64,000 nt of DNA from the human T2T-CHM13v2.0 reference genome, Homo sapiens, in the NCBI RefSeq assembly GCF_009914755.1, contig NC_060938.1. One strand, 5' to 3'. The notes under the pieces are model-generated. The model had not been told where the DNA came from, made no database searches, and was given only the letters and a program-made list of their open reading frames with translations. Numbering within the stretch: position 1 is the stretch's first letter; the number at the start of each line of letters is the position of its first letter. This document shows, one piece after another, positions 1 to 14,092 of this stretch. Position numbers and translations under genes: made by a program.

Positions 1-3000
1 GCATTCTGAGAAACTTCTTTTTGATGTATGCTTTCATCTCAGAGTGTTGAACATTTCTTTTGATTGAGCAGTTTGGAATCCCTCTTTTTGTAGAGTCTGC
101 AAGTGGAAGTTTGGAGCCCTTTGAGGCCTATGGTGGAAAAGGAAATATCTTCAAATAAAAACTACACAAAAACATTCTGAGAAACTACTTTGTGTTGTGT
201 GCATTCATCTCACAAGTTTGAACCTATCTTATGATTGAGCAGTTTCAAAACACTCTTTTTGTAGAATCTGAAAGTGGATATTTGGAGCACCTTGTTGCCT
301 ACAGTGGAGAATCAAATGTCTTCACATAAAAACAAGACAGAAGCATTCTCAGAACCTTCTTTGTGATGTATGCATTTATCTCATGGAGTTTAACTTTTCT
401 TTTGATTGAGCACTTTTGAAACACTCTTTTTGAAGATTCTGCAAGTAGATATTTGGAGGCCTTTGACACCAATTGTGGAAAAGGAAATATCTTCACATAA
501 AAACTACACAGAGGCATTCTGAGAAACTTCTTTGTGATGTGTGTAGTCATCTAATGGAGTTGACACTTCCTTTTTATAGAGCAGGGTTGAAGCGATCTTT
601 TTGAAGAATTAGCAAGTGGATATTTGGAGAGCTTTGAGGCCTATGGTGGAAAAGGAAATATCTTCAAATAAAAACTACGCAGAAACATTCTGAGAAACTT
701 CTTTGTGATGTGTGCATTCAACTCACAGGGGAGAGCCTATCTTTTGATTGAGCCGTTTTGAATCTCTTTTTTTGTATAATCTGCAAGTGGGTATTAGGAG
801 CCCTTTGTGGCCCATGGTGGAAAAGAAAATATCTTCAAATAAAAACTACACAGAAGCATTCTGAGGAACTTTTTCGTGAGATGTGCACTCAACTCACAGA
901 GTTGAACCTATCTTTTGATTGAGCAGTTTTTAATCTCTCTTTTTATAGAAGCAGCATGTGGATATTTGGAGACCTTTGTGGCCTATGGTTGAAAAGGAAA
1001 TATCTTCAAATAAAAACTAGACAGAAGCATTTTGAGAAACTTTTCTGTGATGTGTGCATTCATATCACAGGGTTGAACTACCTTTTGATTAAGCAGTTTT
1101 GAATCTCTTTTTTTGTAGAAGCTGCATGTGGATATTTGGAGACTTTTGTGGCCTATGGTTGAAAAGGAAATATCTTCAAATAAAAACTAGACAGAAACAT
1201 TTTGAGAAACTTCTCTGTGATGTGTGCATTCATATCACAGGGTTGAAACTACCTTTTGATTGAACAGTTTTGAATCTCTCTTTTTGTACCATCTGCAAGT
1301 GCATATTTAGAGCCCTTTGAGGCCTATGGTGGAAAATGAACTATCCTCAAATAAAAACTACACAGCAGTATTCTGAGAAACTTCTTTGTGACGTGTGCAT
1401 TCATCTCACAGAGTTGAACCTTTATTTTGACTGAGCAGTTTTGAGACAATCTTTCCATATAACCTGGAAGTGAATATTTGGAGGGCTTTGAGTTCTATTT
1501 TGGAGATGGAGATATCTTCATGTGAAAACTACATAGAAGCATTCTGAGAAACATCTTTGTGAGGTGTGCACTGAAGTCACATTGTTGAACCTATCTTTTG
1601 ATTCAGCAGTTCTGAATCTCTCTTTTTGCAGAATCTGCGAGTGGATATTTGGAGCACTTTGAGGCGTACTGTGGAAAATCAAATATCTTCACATAAAAAC
1701 TACACAGAAGCATTCTCAGAAACTTCTTTGTGAGGTGTGCATTCATCTCACAGAGTTGAATGTCTCTGTTGATTGAGCAGTTTTGAAACACTCTTTTTGT
1801 AGAATCTGCAAGTGGATATTTGGAGCTCATTGGGGCCTACTGTGGAAAAACAAATATCTTCACATAAAAACTACACAGAAGCATTCTGAGAAACTTCTTT
1901 GTGATCTGTGCATTCATCTCACAGAGTTGAATCTTTCTTTTGATACAGCAGTTTTGAAACGCTATTTTTTTAGAATCTGCAGGTGGATATTTGGAGCCTT
2001 TTGAGGCCTATAGTGGAGAAGGAAATATCTTCACATAAAAACTATGCAGAAGCATTCTGAGAAACTACTTTGTGATGTGTGCATTCATCTCACAGAGTAG
2101 AACCTTTCTTTTGATTGAGCAGTTTTGAAACATTCTTTTTGTAGAATCTGCAAGTGGATATTTAGAGTGATTTGAGGCCTATGGTGGAAAGGGAAATATC
2201 TTCAAATAAAAACTACCCAGAAGCATTCTGCGAAACTTATTTGTGATGTGTGCATTCAACTCACAGTGTTGAACCTATCTGTTGATTGAGCAGTTTAGAA
2301 TCTCTCTTTTTGTAGAATCTGCAAGTGAATATTTGGAGCCCTATTTCGCCCTATAGTGGAAAAGGAAATATCTTCAATAGAAACTACACAGAAGCATTCA
2401 GGGAACCTTCTTTCTGATGAGTGCACTCATCACAGAGTTGAACCTTTGTTTTGATTTAGCAGTTTTGAGGCAATCTTTCTGTAGAATCTGGAAGTAAATA
2501 TTTGGAGGGCTTTGAGTTCTGTTTTGGAGAAGGAGATATCTTCATATAAAAACTACACAGAAGCTTTCTGAGAAACACCTTTGTGAGGTGTGCATTGAAG
2601 TCACAGAGTTGAACCTATCTTTTGATTCAGCAGATTTGAATCTCTCTTTTTGCAGAATCTGTGAGTGGATATTTGGAGCGCTTTGAGGCCTACTGTGGAA
2701 AATCAAAAATCTTCACATAAAAACTACACAGAAGCATTTTGAGAAACTTCTTTGTGAGGTGTGCATTCAACTCACAGAGTTGAACTTATCTTTCCATTGA
2801 GAACTTTTGTATCTCTTTTTTGGTAGAATCTGCAAGTGGATATTTGGAGCTCTTTGCACCCTATGGTGGAAAAGGAAATATCTTCACATAAAAACTACAC
2901 AGAAGCATTCAGAGAAACTTCTTTGAGATGAATGCATTCCTCACAGAGTTGAACCTGTCTTTTTATTGAGTAGTACTGAAACCCTCTTTTTGCAGAATCA

Positions 3001-6000
3001 CCAATTGGATATTTGGAGAGCTTTGAGGCCTGTTTTGGAAAATGAAATATCTTCAAATTAAAACCACACAGAAGCATTCTGAGAAACTTCTTTGTGATGT
3101 GTGCATTCAACTCTCAGAGTTGCTCCTATCTTATGATTGAGCAGTTTTGAAACACTCGTTTTGTAGAATCTGCAAGTGGATATTTAGAGCGATTTGAGGC
3201 CTATTGTGGAAAAGAAAATATCTTGACACAAAAACTACACAGAAGCATTCTGAGAAACTTCTTTGGGATGTGTGCATTCAACTAACAGTGTGGAATCTAT
3301 CTTTTGATTGACCAGCCTAGAATCTCTTTTTGTAGAATCTGCAAGTGGATATTTGGAGCCCCATTTCGCCCTATGGTGAAAAACGAAATATCTTCACATA
3401 AAAACTACACAGAAGCATTCTGAGAAACTTCTTTGTGATGTTTGCATTCAACTCACAGAGTCGAACCTATCTTTTGATAGAGCAGTTTTGAATCCCTCTT
3501 TTTGCAGAATCTGCAAGTGGATATTTGGAAAGCTTTGAGGCCTATTGTGGAAAAGGAAATATATTCATATAAAAACTACAGAGAAGCATTCTGAGAAACT
3601 TCTTTGTGAGGTATGGATTCAACCCACAGAGTTGGACTTATCTTTTCATTGAGCAGTTTTGAATGTCTCTTTTTGTAGAATCTACAAGTGGATATTTGGA
3701 GCCCTTTGCAACCTATGGTGGAAAAGGAAATAACTTCAAATAAAAACTACACAGAAGCCTTCAGATAAACTTCTTTGTGATGAGTGCTTTCATCCCACAG
3801 AGTTGAACCTTCCTTTTTACTGAGCAGTTTTGAAACACTATTTTTGCAGAATCAGCAAGTGCATATTTGGAGCGCTTTGAGGCCTACTGTGGAAAAGCAA
3901 ATATCTTCACCTAAAGACTACACGGAAGCATTCCGAAAAACTTCCTTGTGATGTGTGCATTCATCTCACAGAGTTGAACTTTTCTTTTGATTGAGCAGTT
4001 TTGAATCTCTCTTGGTAGAATCTCTAATTGGATATTTGGAGTGATTTGAGGCCTACTGTGGAAAAGGAAATATCTTCACATAAAAACTACACTGAAGAAT
4101 TCTGAGAAACTTCTTTGTGATGTGTGCTTTCAACTCACATAGTTGAACCTATCTATTGATTGAAACTCTTTTTGTAGATGCGGGAAGTGGATATTTGGAG
4201 CCCTTTGCAACCTATGGTGGAAAAGGAAATATCTTCAAATAAATAATGCACAGAAGCATTCAAAGAAACTTCTTTGTGGTGAGTGCATTCATCACAGAGA
4301 GTTGAATCTTTCCTTTGATTGAGCAGTTTTGAAACACTCTTTTTGCAGGATCTGCAGGCAGATATTTTAGAGCTTTGAGGCCAAATGTGGAAAAGGAAAC
4401 ATCTTCACATAAAAACTACACAGAAGCATTCTGAGAAGCTTCTTTGTGAGGTGTGCATTCAACTCTCAGTGTTGAACATATCTTTTGATTCAGCAGTTTT
4501 GAATATCTGTTTTGTAGGACCTGCTACTGGATATTTGGAGCCCTTTGCAGCCAATGGTGGAAAAGGACATATCATCAAATAGAAACTACATAGAAGCATT
4601 CTGAGAAACGTCTTTGTGTTGTGTGCATTCATCTCACAGGGTTGAACACTTCCATTCATGGAGCAGTTTTGAAACAGTATTTTTCCGGAATCTGCAAGTG
4701 GATATTTGGAGAGCTTTGAGACATGTTGTGGAAAAGGAAATATCTTCAAATAAAAACTACACAGAAGTATTCAGAGAAACTTCTTTATGATGAGTGCATT
4801 TATCACAGACTTGAAACTTTCTTTTGATTGAGCAGTTTTGAAACTCTCCTTTTGTAGAAGATGGAAGAGGATATTTCGAGGTCTTTGAGGCTTATTTTGG
4901 AAACGGAAATATCCTCACATAAAAACTACACAGAAGCATTCTGACAAACTTCTCTGTTATGTGTTCATTCAACTCACAGTGTTGAACGAATTTTTTGATT
5001 GAGCAGTTTTCAATCTCTCCGTTTGTAGAATCTGGAAGTGGATATTTGGAGCTCTTTGCACCCTGTGTTGGAAAAGGAAATATCTTCAAATAAAAACTAC
5101 ACATAAGCATTCTGAAAAACTTCTTTGTGTTAAGTGCATTCATCACACAGAGTTGAAAGTTTCTTTTGATTGAGCAGTTTTGAAACACTCTTTTCGTAGA
5201 ATCTGGAAGTGGATATTTGGAGGGCTTTGAGGCCTATTTTGGAAAAGGAAATACCTTAACATAAAAACTGCACAGAATTATTCAGAGAAACTCCTTTGTT
5301 ATGTGTGCATTCAACACACAGATTTGAGCCTATCTTTTGATTGAGCAGTTTTGAATCTCTCTTTTTGCAGAATCTGCAAGTGGATATTTGTATCGCTTTG
5401 AGGTCTACTGTGGAAAAGCAAATATTTTCAAATATAAATTACACAGAAGCATTCTGAGAAACTTTGTTGTGAGGTGTGCATTCAACTCACAGAGTCAAAC
5501 CCATCTTTTGATTGAGCAGTTTTGAATCTCTCTTTTTGCAGAATCTGCAAGTGGATATTTGGAGTGCTTTGTGGCCTATTGTGGAAAAGGAAATATCTTC
5601 ACATAAAAACTACACAGAGGCATTCTGAGAAGCTTCTTTGTGATGTGTGCATTCAACTGACAGAGTTGAACCTATCTTTTGATTGAGCAGTTTTGAATCT
5701 CTCTTTTTGTAGAATCTGCAGGTGGAATTTTGGAGCTCTTTGCAGCCTACGTTGGAAAAGGAAATATCTTCAAATACAAACTACACAGAATCATTCTGGG
5801 AAACATTTTGGTGATGAGTGCATTCATCACAAAGGGTTGAATCTTTCTATTGACTGAGTAATTTGGAAACGCTTTTTTTGTAGAACCTGGAAGTGGAAAT
5901 TGGATGGGCTTTGTGGTCTATTTTGGAAAAGAAAATATCTTCAGATAAAAACTACACAGAAGCTTTCTGGGAAACTTCGTTGTTATGCGCGCATTCAAGT

Positions 6001-6394
6001 CACAGATTTTAACCATTCTTTTGATAGAGCATTTTTGAAACTCTCTTTTTGTAGAATCTGCAAGTGGATATTTGGAGGTCTTTGTGGCCTATGTTAGAAA
6101 ACGAAATACCCTCACATAAAATCTATACAGAAGCTATCTGAGAAATTTGTTTGTGATGCATGCGTTCTTCTCACAAAGTTGAACCTTTCTTTTGATTGAG
6201 CACTTTCAAAACACTCTTTTTGTAGAATCTGCAAGTGGATATTTGGAGCGCTTTGTGGCCTATGGTAGAAAAGGAAATATCTTCACATAATTTGTAGACC
6301 GAAGCAAACTGAGAAACTTCTTTGTGATGTGTGTATTCATCTCACAGAGTTAAAACTTTCTTTTGATTGAGCAGTTTTGAAACTCTCTCTTTGT
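1..6394 (+). repeat. Alpha satellite block A: diverged monomeric array, ~37 monomers, consensus orientation
   Basis: ~171-bp period of CATTCTGAGAAACTTCTTTGTGATGTGTGCATTCA.CTCACAGAGTTGAAC...TGTAGAATCTGCAAGTGGATATTTGGAG...GGAAAAGGAAATATCTTC. Typical variants are AAAACTACACAG, CCTATCTTTTG and TTGAATCTCTC. Only A-type boxes seen, no CENP-B box. Confidence 0.97.
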
Positions 6395-6398
6395 GACA

Positions 6399-9300
6399 GT
6401 CCACCTGCAGACTCCACAAAAAGATTGTTTCCAAACTTCTCATTCAAAAGAATGCTCAACTCTGTGAGATGAACACACACATCACAAAGAAGTTTCTCAG
6501 AATTCTTCTGTCTAGTTTTTAGGTGAAGATGTTTCCTTTTCCACTATAGGCCTCAAAGCGCTCCAAATGTCCACTTGCAGATTATACAAAAAGAGGGTTA
6601 AAAAACTGATTAAACAAATGAGAGGTTTAACTCTGTGAGATGAATTCACACATCACAAAGAAGTTTCTCAGATTGCTTCTGTCTACATTCTATGTGAAGA
6701 TATTTCCTTTTCTAAGATAGGCAGCAAAGCGTTCCAAATGCCCACATGCAGATTCTACAAAAAGAGTGTTTCCAAACTGCTGAATCAAAAGAAAGTATCA
6801 ACTCGGTGAGATGAACGCACGCATCAAAGCGAAGTTTCTCAGGATTCTTCTGTCTAGTTTTTATGTGAATATAGTTCCTTTTCCACCATAGGCTTCAAAG
6901 CACTCCAAATGTGCACTTGCAGATTCTACAAAAAAAAGTTTCCAAACTGCTCAATCAAAAGAAAGGTTTAACTCTGTGAGACGAATGCACACATTACAAA
7001 GTAGTTTCTCAGATTGCTTCGGTCTAGATTTTTTGTGAAGATATTTTCTCTTATAACATAGGCCGCAAAGCACACAAAATGTCCATTTGCAGATTCTACA
7101 AAAAGAGTATTTCCAAACTGCTCAATCAAAAGGAAGTTTCAACTCTGTGAGATGAATGCACACATCACAAAGAAGTTTCTCAGAATTCTTCTGTCTAGTT
7201 TTTATGTGAAGATATTTCCTTTCCCATTATAGGCCTCAAAGCACTCAAAATATCCAATTTCAGATTCTACAAAAAGAGAGTTTCAAAATTCCTCAATCAA
7301 AAGAAACATTTAACTCTGTGAGACGAATGCACACATCACAAATAAGTTTTTCAGAATTCTTCTGTCTAGTCTTTATGTGAAGATATTTCCTTTTCCACAA
7401 TGGTCCTCAAAGCCCTCCAAATGTCCACTTGCAGATTCTATGAAAGGAGAGTTTCGAAACTCCTCAATCAAAAGAAGGTTTAACTCTTTGAGGTGAATGA
7501 ACACTTCACTAAGAAGTTTCTCAGATTGCTTCTGTCTAGATTTTATGTGAAGATATTTCCTTTTCTAACGTAGGCCGGAAGGTGCTCCAAATGTCCACTT
7601 GCAGAATCTACAAAAAGAGTGTTTACAAACTGCTAAATCAAAGGAAAGATTCAACTGTGTGAGATGAATGCCAGCATCACAAAGAAGTTTCTCAGAAATC
7701 TTCTGTCTAGTTTTTATGTGAAGATATTTCCTTTTCCACCATAGGCCTAAAAACGATCGCACACATCACAAAGAAGTTTCTCAGGATTCTTCTACCTAGT
7801 TTTTATTTGAAGATATTTCCTTTTCCACCATAGGTGTCCAAGCTCTCCAAATGTCCATTTGCAGATTCTACAAAAAGAGAGTTTCAAAACTCCCAATTAA
7901 AAGAAATGTTTAAATTTTTGAGGTGAATGCACACATCAGAAAGAAGTTTCTCAGAAATCTACTGTCTACTTTTTATGTGAAGATATTTCCTTTTCCATCA
8001 TAGACCTCAAGGCACTCCAAACGTCCACTTGCTGATTCTTCAAAAAGAGAGTTTCAAAATTGCTCAATAAAAAGACAATTTTAACTCTGTGAGATGAATG
8101 CACACATCACAAAGTAGTTTCTCAGATTGCTTCTGTCTTGATTTAATGTGAAGATATTTCTTTTTATTCAATAAACTGCAAAGCTCTCCAAAAGTCCACT
8201 AGCAGCTTTGACAAAAAGACTGTTTTCATACTGCTCAAGAAAGTAAAGGTTCAACTTTGTGGGATGAACACACACATCACAAAGAAGTTTCTCAGAATTC
8301 TTCTGCCTATTTTTTATGTGAAGATATTTCCTTTTCCACCATAGGCCTCCAAGTACTCCAAATGGCCACTTGCAGATTCTACAAAAAGAGAGTTTCAAAA
8401 CTGCTCAATCAAAAGAAATGTTTAACTCTGTGGGATGAATGCACACATCTCAAAAAAGTTTCTCAGATTGCTTCTGTCTAGATTTTATGCGAAGATTTTT
8501 CCTTTTATAACATAGGCTGCAAAGCTCTCCAAATGTCCAATTGCAGATTCTACAAAAAGAGTGTTTCCAAACTGCTCAATCAAAGGAAAGGTTGAACTTT
8601 GTGAGATGAATGGACACATCACAAACAAGTTTCTCAGAATTCTTCTGCCTATTTTTTATTTGATATTTCCTTTTCCACCATGGGCCTCAAAGCCCTCCAA
8701 ATGTCCACTTACAGATTCTACAAAAACAGTGTCTCCATACTGCTCAATAAAAAGAAAGTTTCAACTCTGTGAGAGGAATGCACACATCACAAAGCAGTTT
8801 CTCAAAATTCTTCTGTCTTGTTTTTATGTGAAGATATTTCCTTTTCAACCATACACCACAAAGTACTCCAAATGTCTGCTTGCGGCTTCTACAAAAAGAG
8901 AGTTTCCAAAATGCACAATCAAAAAAAAAGGTTTAATTATGTAAGTTGAATGCACATATCTCAAAGAAGTTTATCAGATGGCTTCTGTCTAGATTTTTTG
9001 TGAAGATTTTCTTTTTTACTACCGTAGGCTGCAAAGTGCTCCAAATGTCCAATAGCAGATTCTACAAAAAGAGTGTTTCCAAACTGCTCCGTCAAAGGAA
9101 AGGTTCTACTCTGCGAGATGAATGCACACATCACCAAGAAGTTTCTCAGAATTCCTCTGCCTAGTTTTTATGTTAAGATATTTCCTTTTCCACCATGGTC
9201 CTCAAAGTGCTCCAAATGTAAACTTGCAGACTCTACAAAAAGAGAGCTTTGAATCTCCTCAATCAAAGGAAAGTTTTAACTCTTTGAGGTTAATGCACAC

Positions 9301-12011
9301 ATCACAAAGGAGTTTCTCAGATTGCTTCTGTCTAGATTTTATGTGAGGATCTTACCTTTTCTGACATAGGCCGCAAAGCGCTCCAAATGTCCACTTGCAG
9401 AATCTACTAAAAGATTGTTTCAAAAATGCTAAATCAAAAGAAAGTTTCAACTCAGTGAGATGTACCTACACATAACAGGGAAGTTTCTCAGAATTCTTCT
9501 GTCTAGTTTTTATGTGAAGATATTTCGTTTTCCACCATAGTCCTCAAAGCGCTTCAAATGTCCACTTGCATATTCTACAGAAAGAGAGCCTGAAAACTCC
9601 TCAATGGAAAGAAATATTTAACACAGTGAGGTGAATGCACACATCACAAATTAGTTTCTCAGATTGCTTCTGTCTAGATTTTATGTGAAGGTATTTCCTT
9701 TTCTAACCCAGGCCAAAAGGTGAACCAAATGTCCACTTGCAGATTCTACAGAAAGAATGTTTCCAAACTTCTCTATCAAAAGAAAGGTTCAACTCTGTGA
9801 GATGAACGCACACATCACAAAGAAGTTTCTCAGAATTCTTCTCTCTAGTATTTATGTGAAGATATTTCCTTTTCTACAATAGACCTCAAAGTGCTCCAAA
9901 TGTCCACTTGCAGATCCTACAGAAAGAGAATTTCAAAACAGCTCAATCAAAAGAAAGGTTTAACTCTGTGAGATGAATACACACATCACAAAGAAGTTTC
10001 CCAGATTGCTTTTGTCTAGATTTTATGTGAAGATATTTCCTTTTCTGCCATAGGCCAAAAAGCACTCCAAATATGCACTTGAAGATTCTACAAAAACATT
10101 GTTTCCATTCTGCTCAAACAAAAGAAAGATTCAACTCCATGAGATAAATGCACACATCACAAAGAGGTTTCTCAGAATTCTTCTCTCTAGTTTTTATATG
10201 AAGATATTTCCTTTTCCACCATAGGCCTCCAAGTACTCCAAATGTCCACTTGCAGATTCTACAAAAAGAGAGTTTCAAAACTGCTCAATCAAAAGAAAGG
10301 TTTAACTCTGTGGGATGAATGCACACATCTCAAAGAAGTTTCTCACATTGCTACTGTCTAGGTTTTACGTGAAGATTTTTCCTTTTCTACCATAGGCCAC
10401 AAAGCACTCCAAATGTCCAGTTGCAGATTCTACAAAAAGAGTGTTTCCAAACTGCTCAATTGAAGGAAAGGTTCAACTTTGTCAGATGAACGCACACATC
10501 ACAAAGGAGTTTCTCAGAATTCTTCTGCCTATTTTTTATTTTAAGATACTTCCTTTTCCACCATGGCCTCAAAGCACTCCAAATGTCCACTTGCGGATTC
10601 TACAAAAATAGTGTCTGCATACTGCTCAATCAAAAGAAAGTTTCAACTCAATGAGAGGAATGCACACAACACAAAGCGGTTTCTCAGAATTCTTCTGTCT
10701 TGTTTTTATGTTAAGGTATTTCCTTTTCCACCATACACCTCAAAGTACTCCAAATGTCTGCTTGTGGCTTCTTCAAAAAGAGAGTTTCCAAACTGCTCAA
10801 TCAAAAAAAAGGTTTAACTCTGTGAGTTGAATGCACACATCTCAAAGAAGTTTCTCAGATTGTTTCTGCCTAGATTTTATGTGAAGATATTTTTTTTTAC
10901 TACCATAGGCTGCAAAGCACTCCACATATCCAATTGCAGATTCTACAAAAAGAGTGTTTCCGAACTGCTCAGTCAAAGGAAAGTTCTACTCTGTGAGATG
11001 AATGCAAACATCACCAAGAAGTTTCTCAGAATTCTTCTGCCTAGTTTTTATGTTAAGATATTTCCTTTTCCACCATGGTCCTCAAAGTGCTCCAAATGTA
11101 AACTTGCAGACTCTACAAAAAGAGAGCTTTGAATCTCCTCAATCAAAAGAAAGTTTTAACTCTCTGAGGTTAACGCACACATCACAAAGGAGTTTCTCAG
11201 ATTGCTTCTGTCTAGATGTTATGTGAAGATCTTACCTTTTCTGACATAGGCCGCAAAGCGCTCTAAATGTCCACTTGCAGATTCTGCTAAAAGAATGTTT
11301 CAAAAATGCTGAATCAAAAGAAAGGTTCAACTCGGTGAGATGTACCTACAATTAACAGGGAAGTTTCTCAGAATTCTTCTATATAGTATTTATGTGAAGA
11401 TATTTCCTTTTCCACCATAGTCCTCAAAGACTTCAAATGTCCACTTGCATATTCTACAGAAAGAGAGCCTGAAAACTCCTCAATGAAAAGAAATATTTAA
11501 CACTGTGACATAAGTGCACACATCACAAAGTAGTTTCTCAGATTGCTTCTGTCTAGATTTTATGTGAAGGTATTCCCTTTTCTAACATAGGCCACAAGGT
11601 GCTCCAAATGTCCACTTGGAGATTCTACTAAAAGAGTGTTTCCAAACTGCTCTATCAAAAGTAAGGTTCAACTCTGTGACATGAACGCACACATCACAAA
11701 GAAGTTTCTCAGAATTCTTCTTTCTAGTATTTATGTGATGATATTTCCTTTTCCACCATAGACCTCAAAGCGCTCCAAATATCCACTTGCAGATCCTACA
11801 GAAAGAGAATTTCAAAACTGCTCAATCAAAAGAAAGGTTTAACTCTGTGTGATGAATGCACACATCTCAAAGAAGTTTCTCAGAATGCTTCTGTATAGAT
11901 TTTATGTGAAGATATTTCCTTTTCTATATAGGCCGCAAAGCGCTCCAAACGTCCACTTGCAGAATCTAGAAAAAGAGTGTTTCCAAACTGCTGAATCAAA
12001 AGAAAGTTTCA
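6399..12011 (-). repeat. Alpha satellite block B (part 1), reverse orientation
   Basis: Reverse-complement monomers (AAATGTCCACTTGCAGATTCTACAAAAAG...GAGATGAATGCACACATCACAAAGAAGTTTCTCAGA). Begins abruptly at GTCCACCTGCAG (6399). Confidence 0.97.
8330..11870 (-). repeat. Tandem duplication of an 11-monomer (1880-bp) alpha satellite unit
   Basis: Rare variants recur at offset 1880: ATAGGCCTCCAAGTACTCC at 8341/10221 and ...CCATGGTCCTCAAAGTGCTCCAAATGTAAACTTGCAGACTCTAC...GAGCTTTGAATCTCCTC in segments starting 9181/11061. Ends are approximate. Confidence 0.88.

Positions 12012-14092
<2,081 letters not shown>

Noticed and set aside
5746-5765. CENP-B-box-like CTACGTTGGAAAAGGAA (also GGAAACGGAA near 4899)
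   Set aside because: Neither has the full TTCG....A..CGGG core; they are single-base variants of the A-type box.
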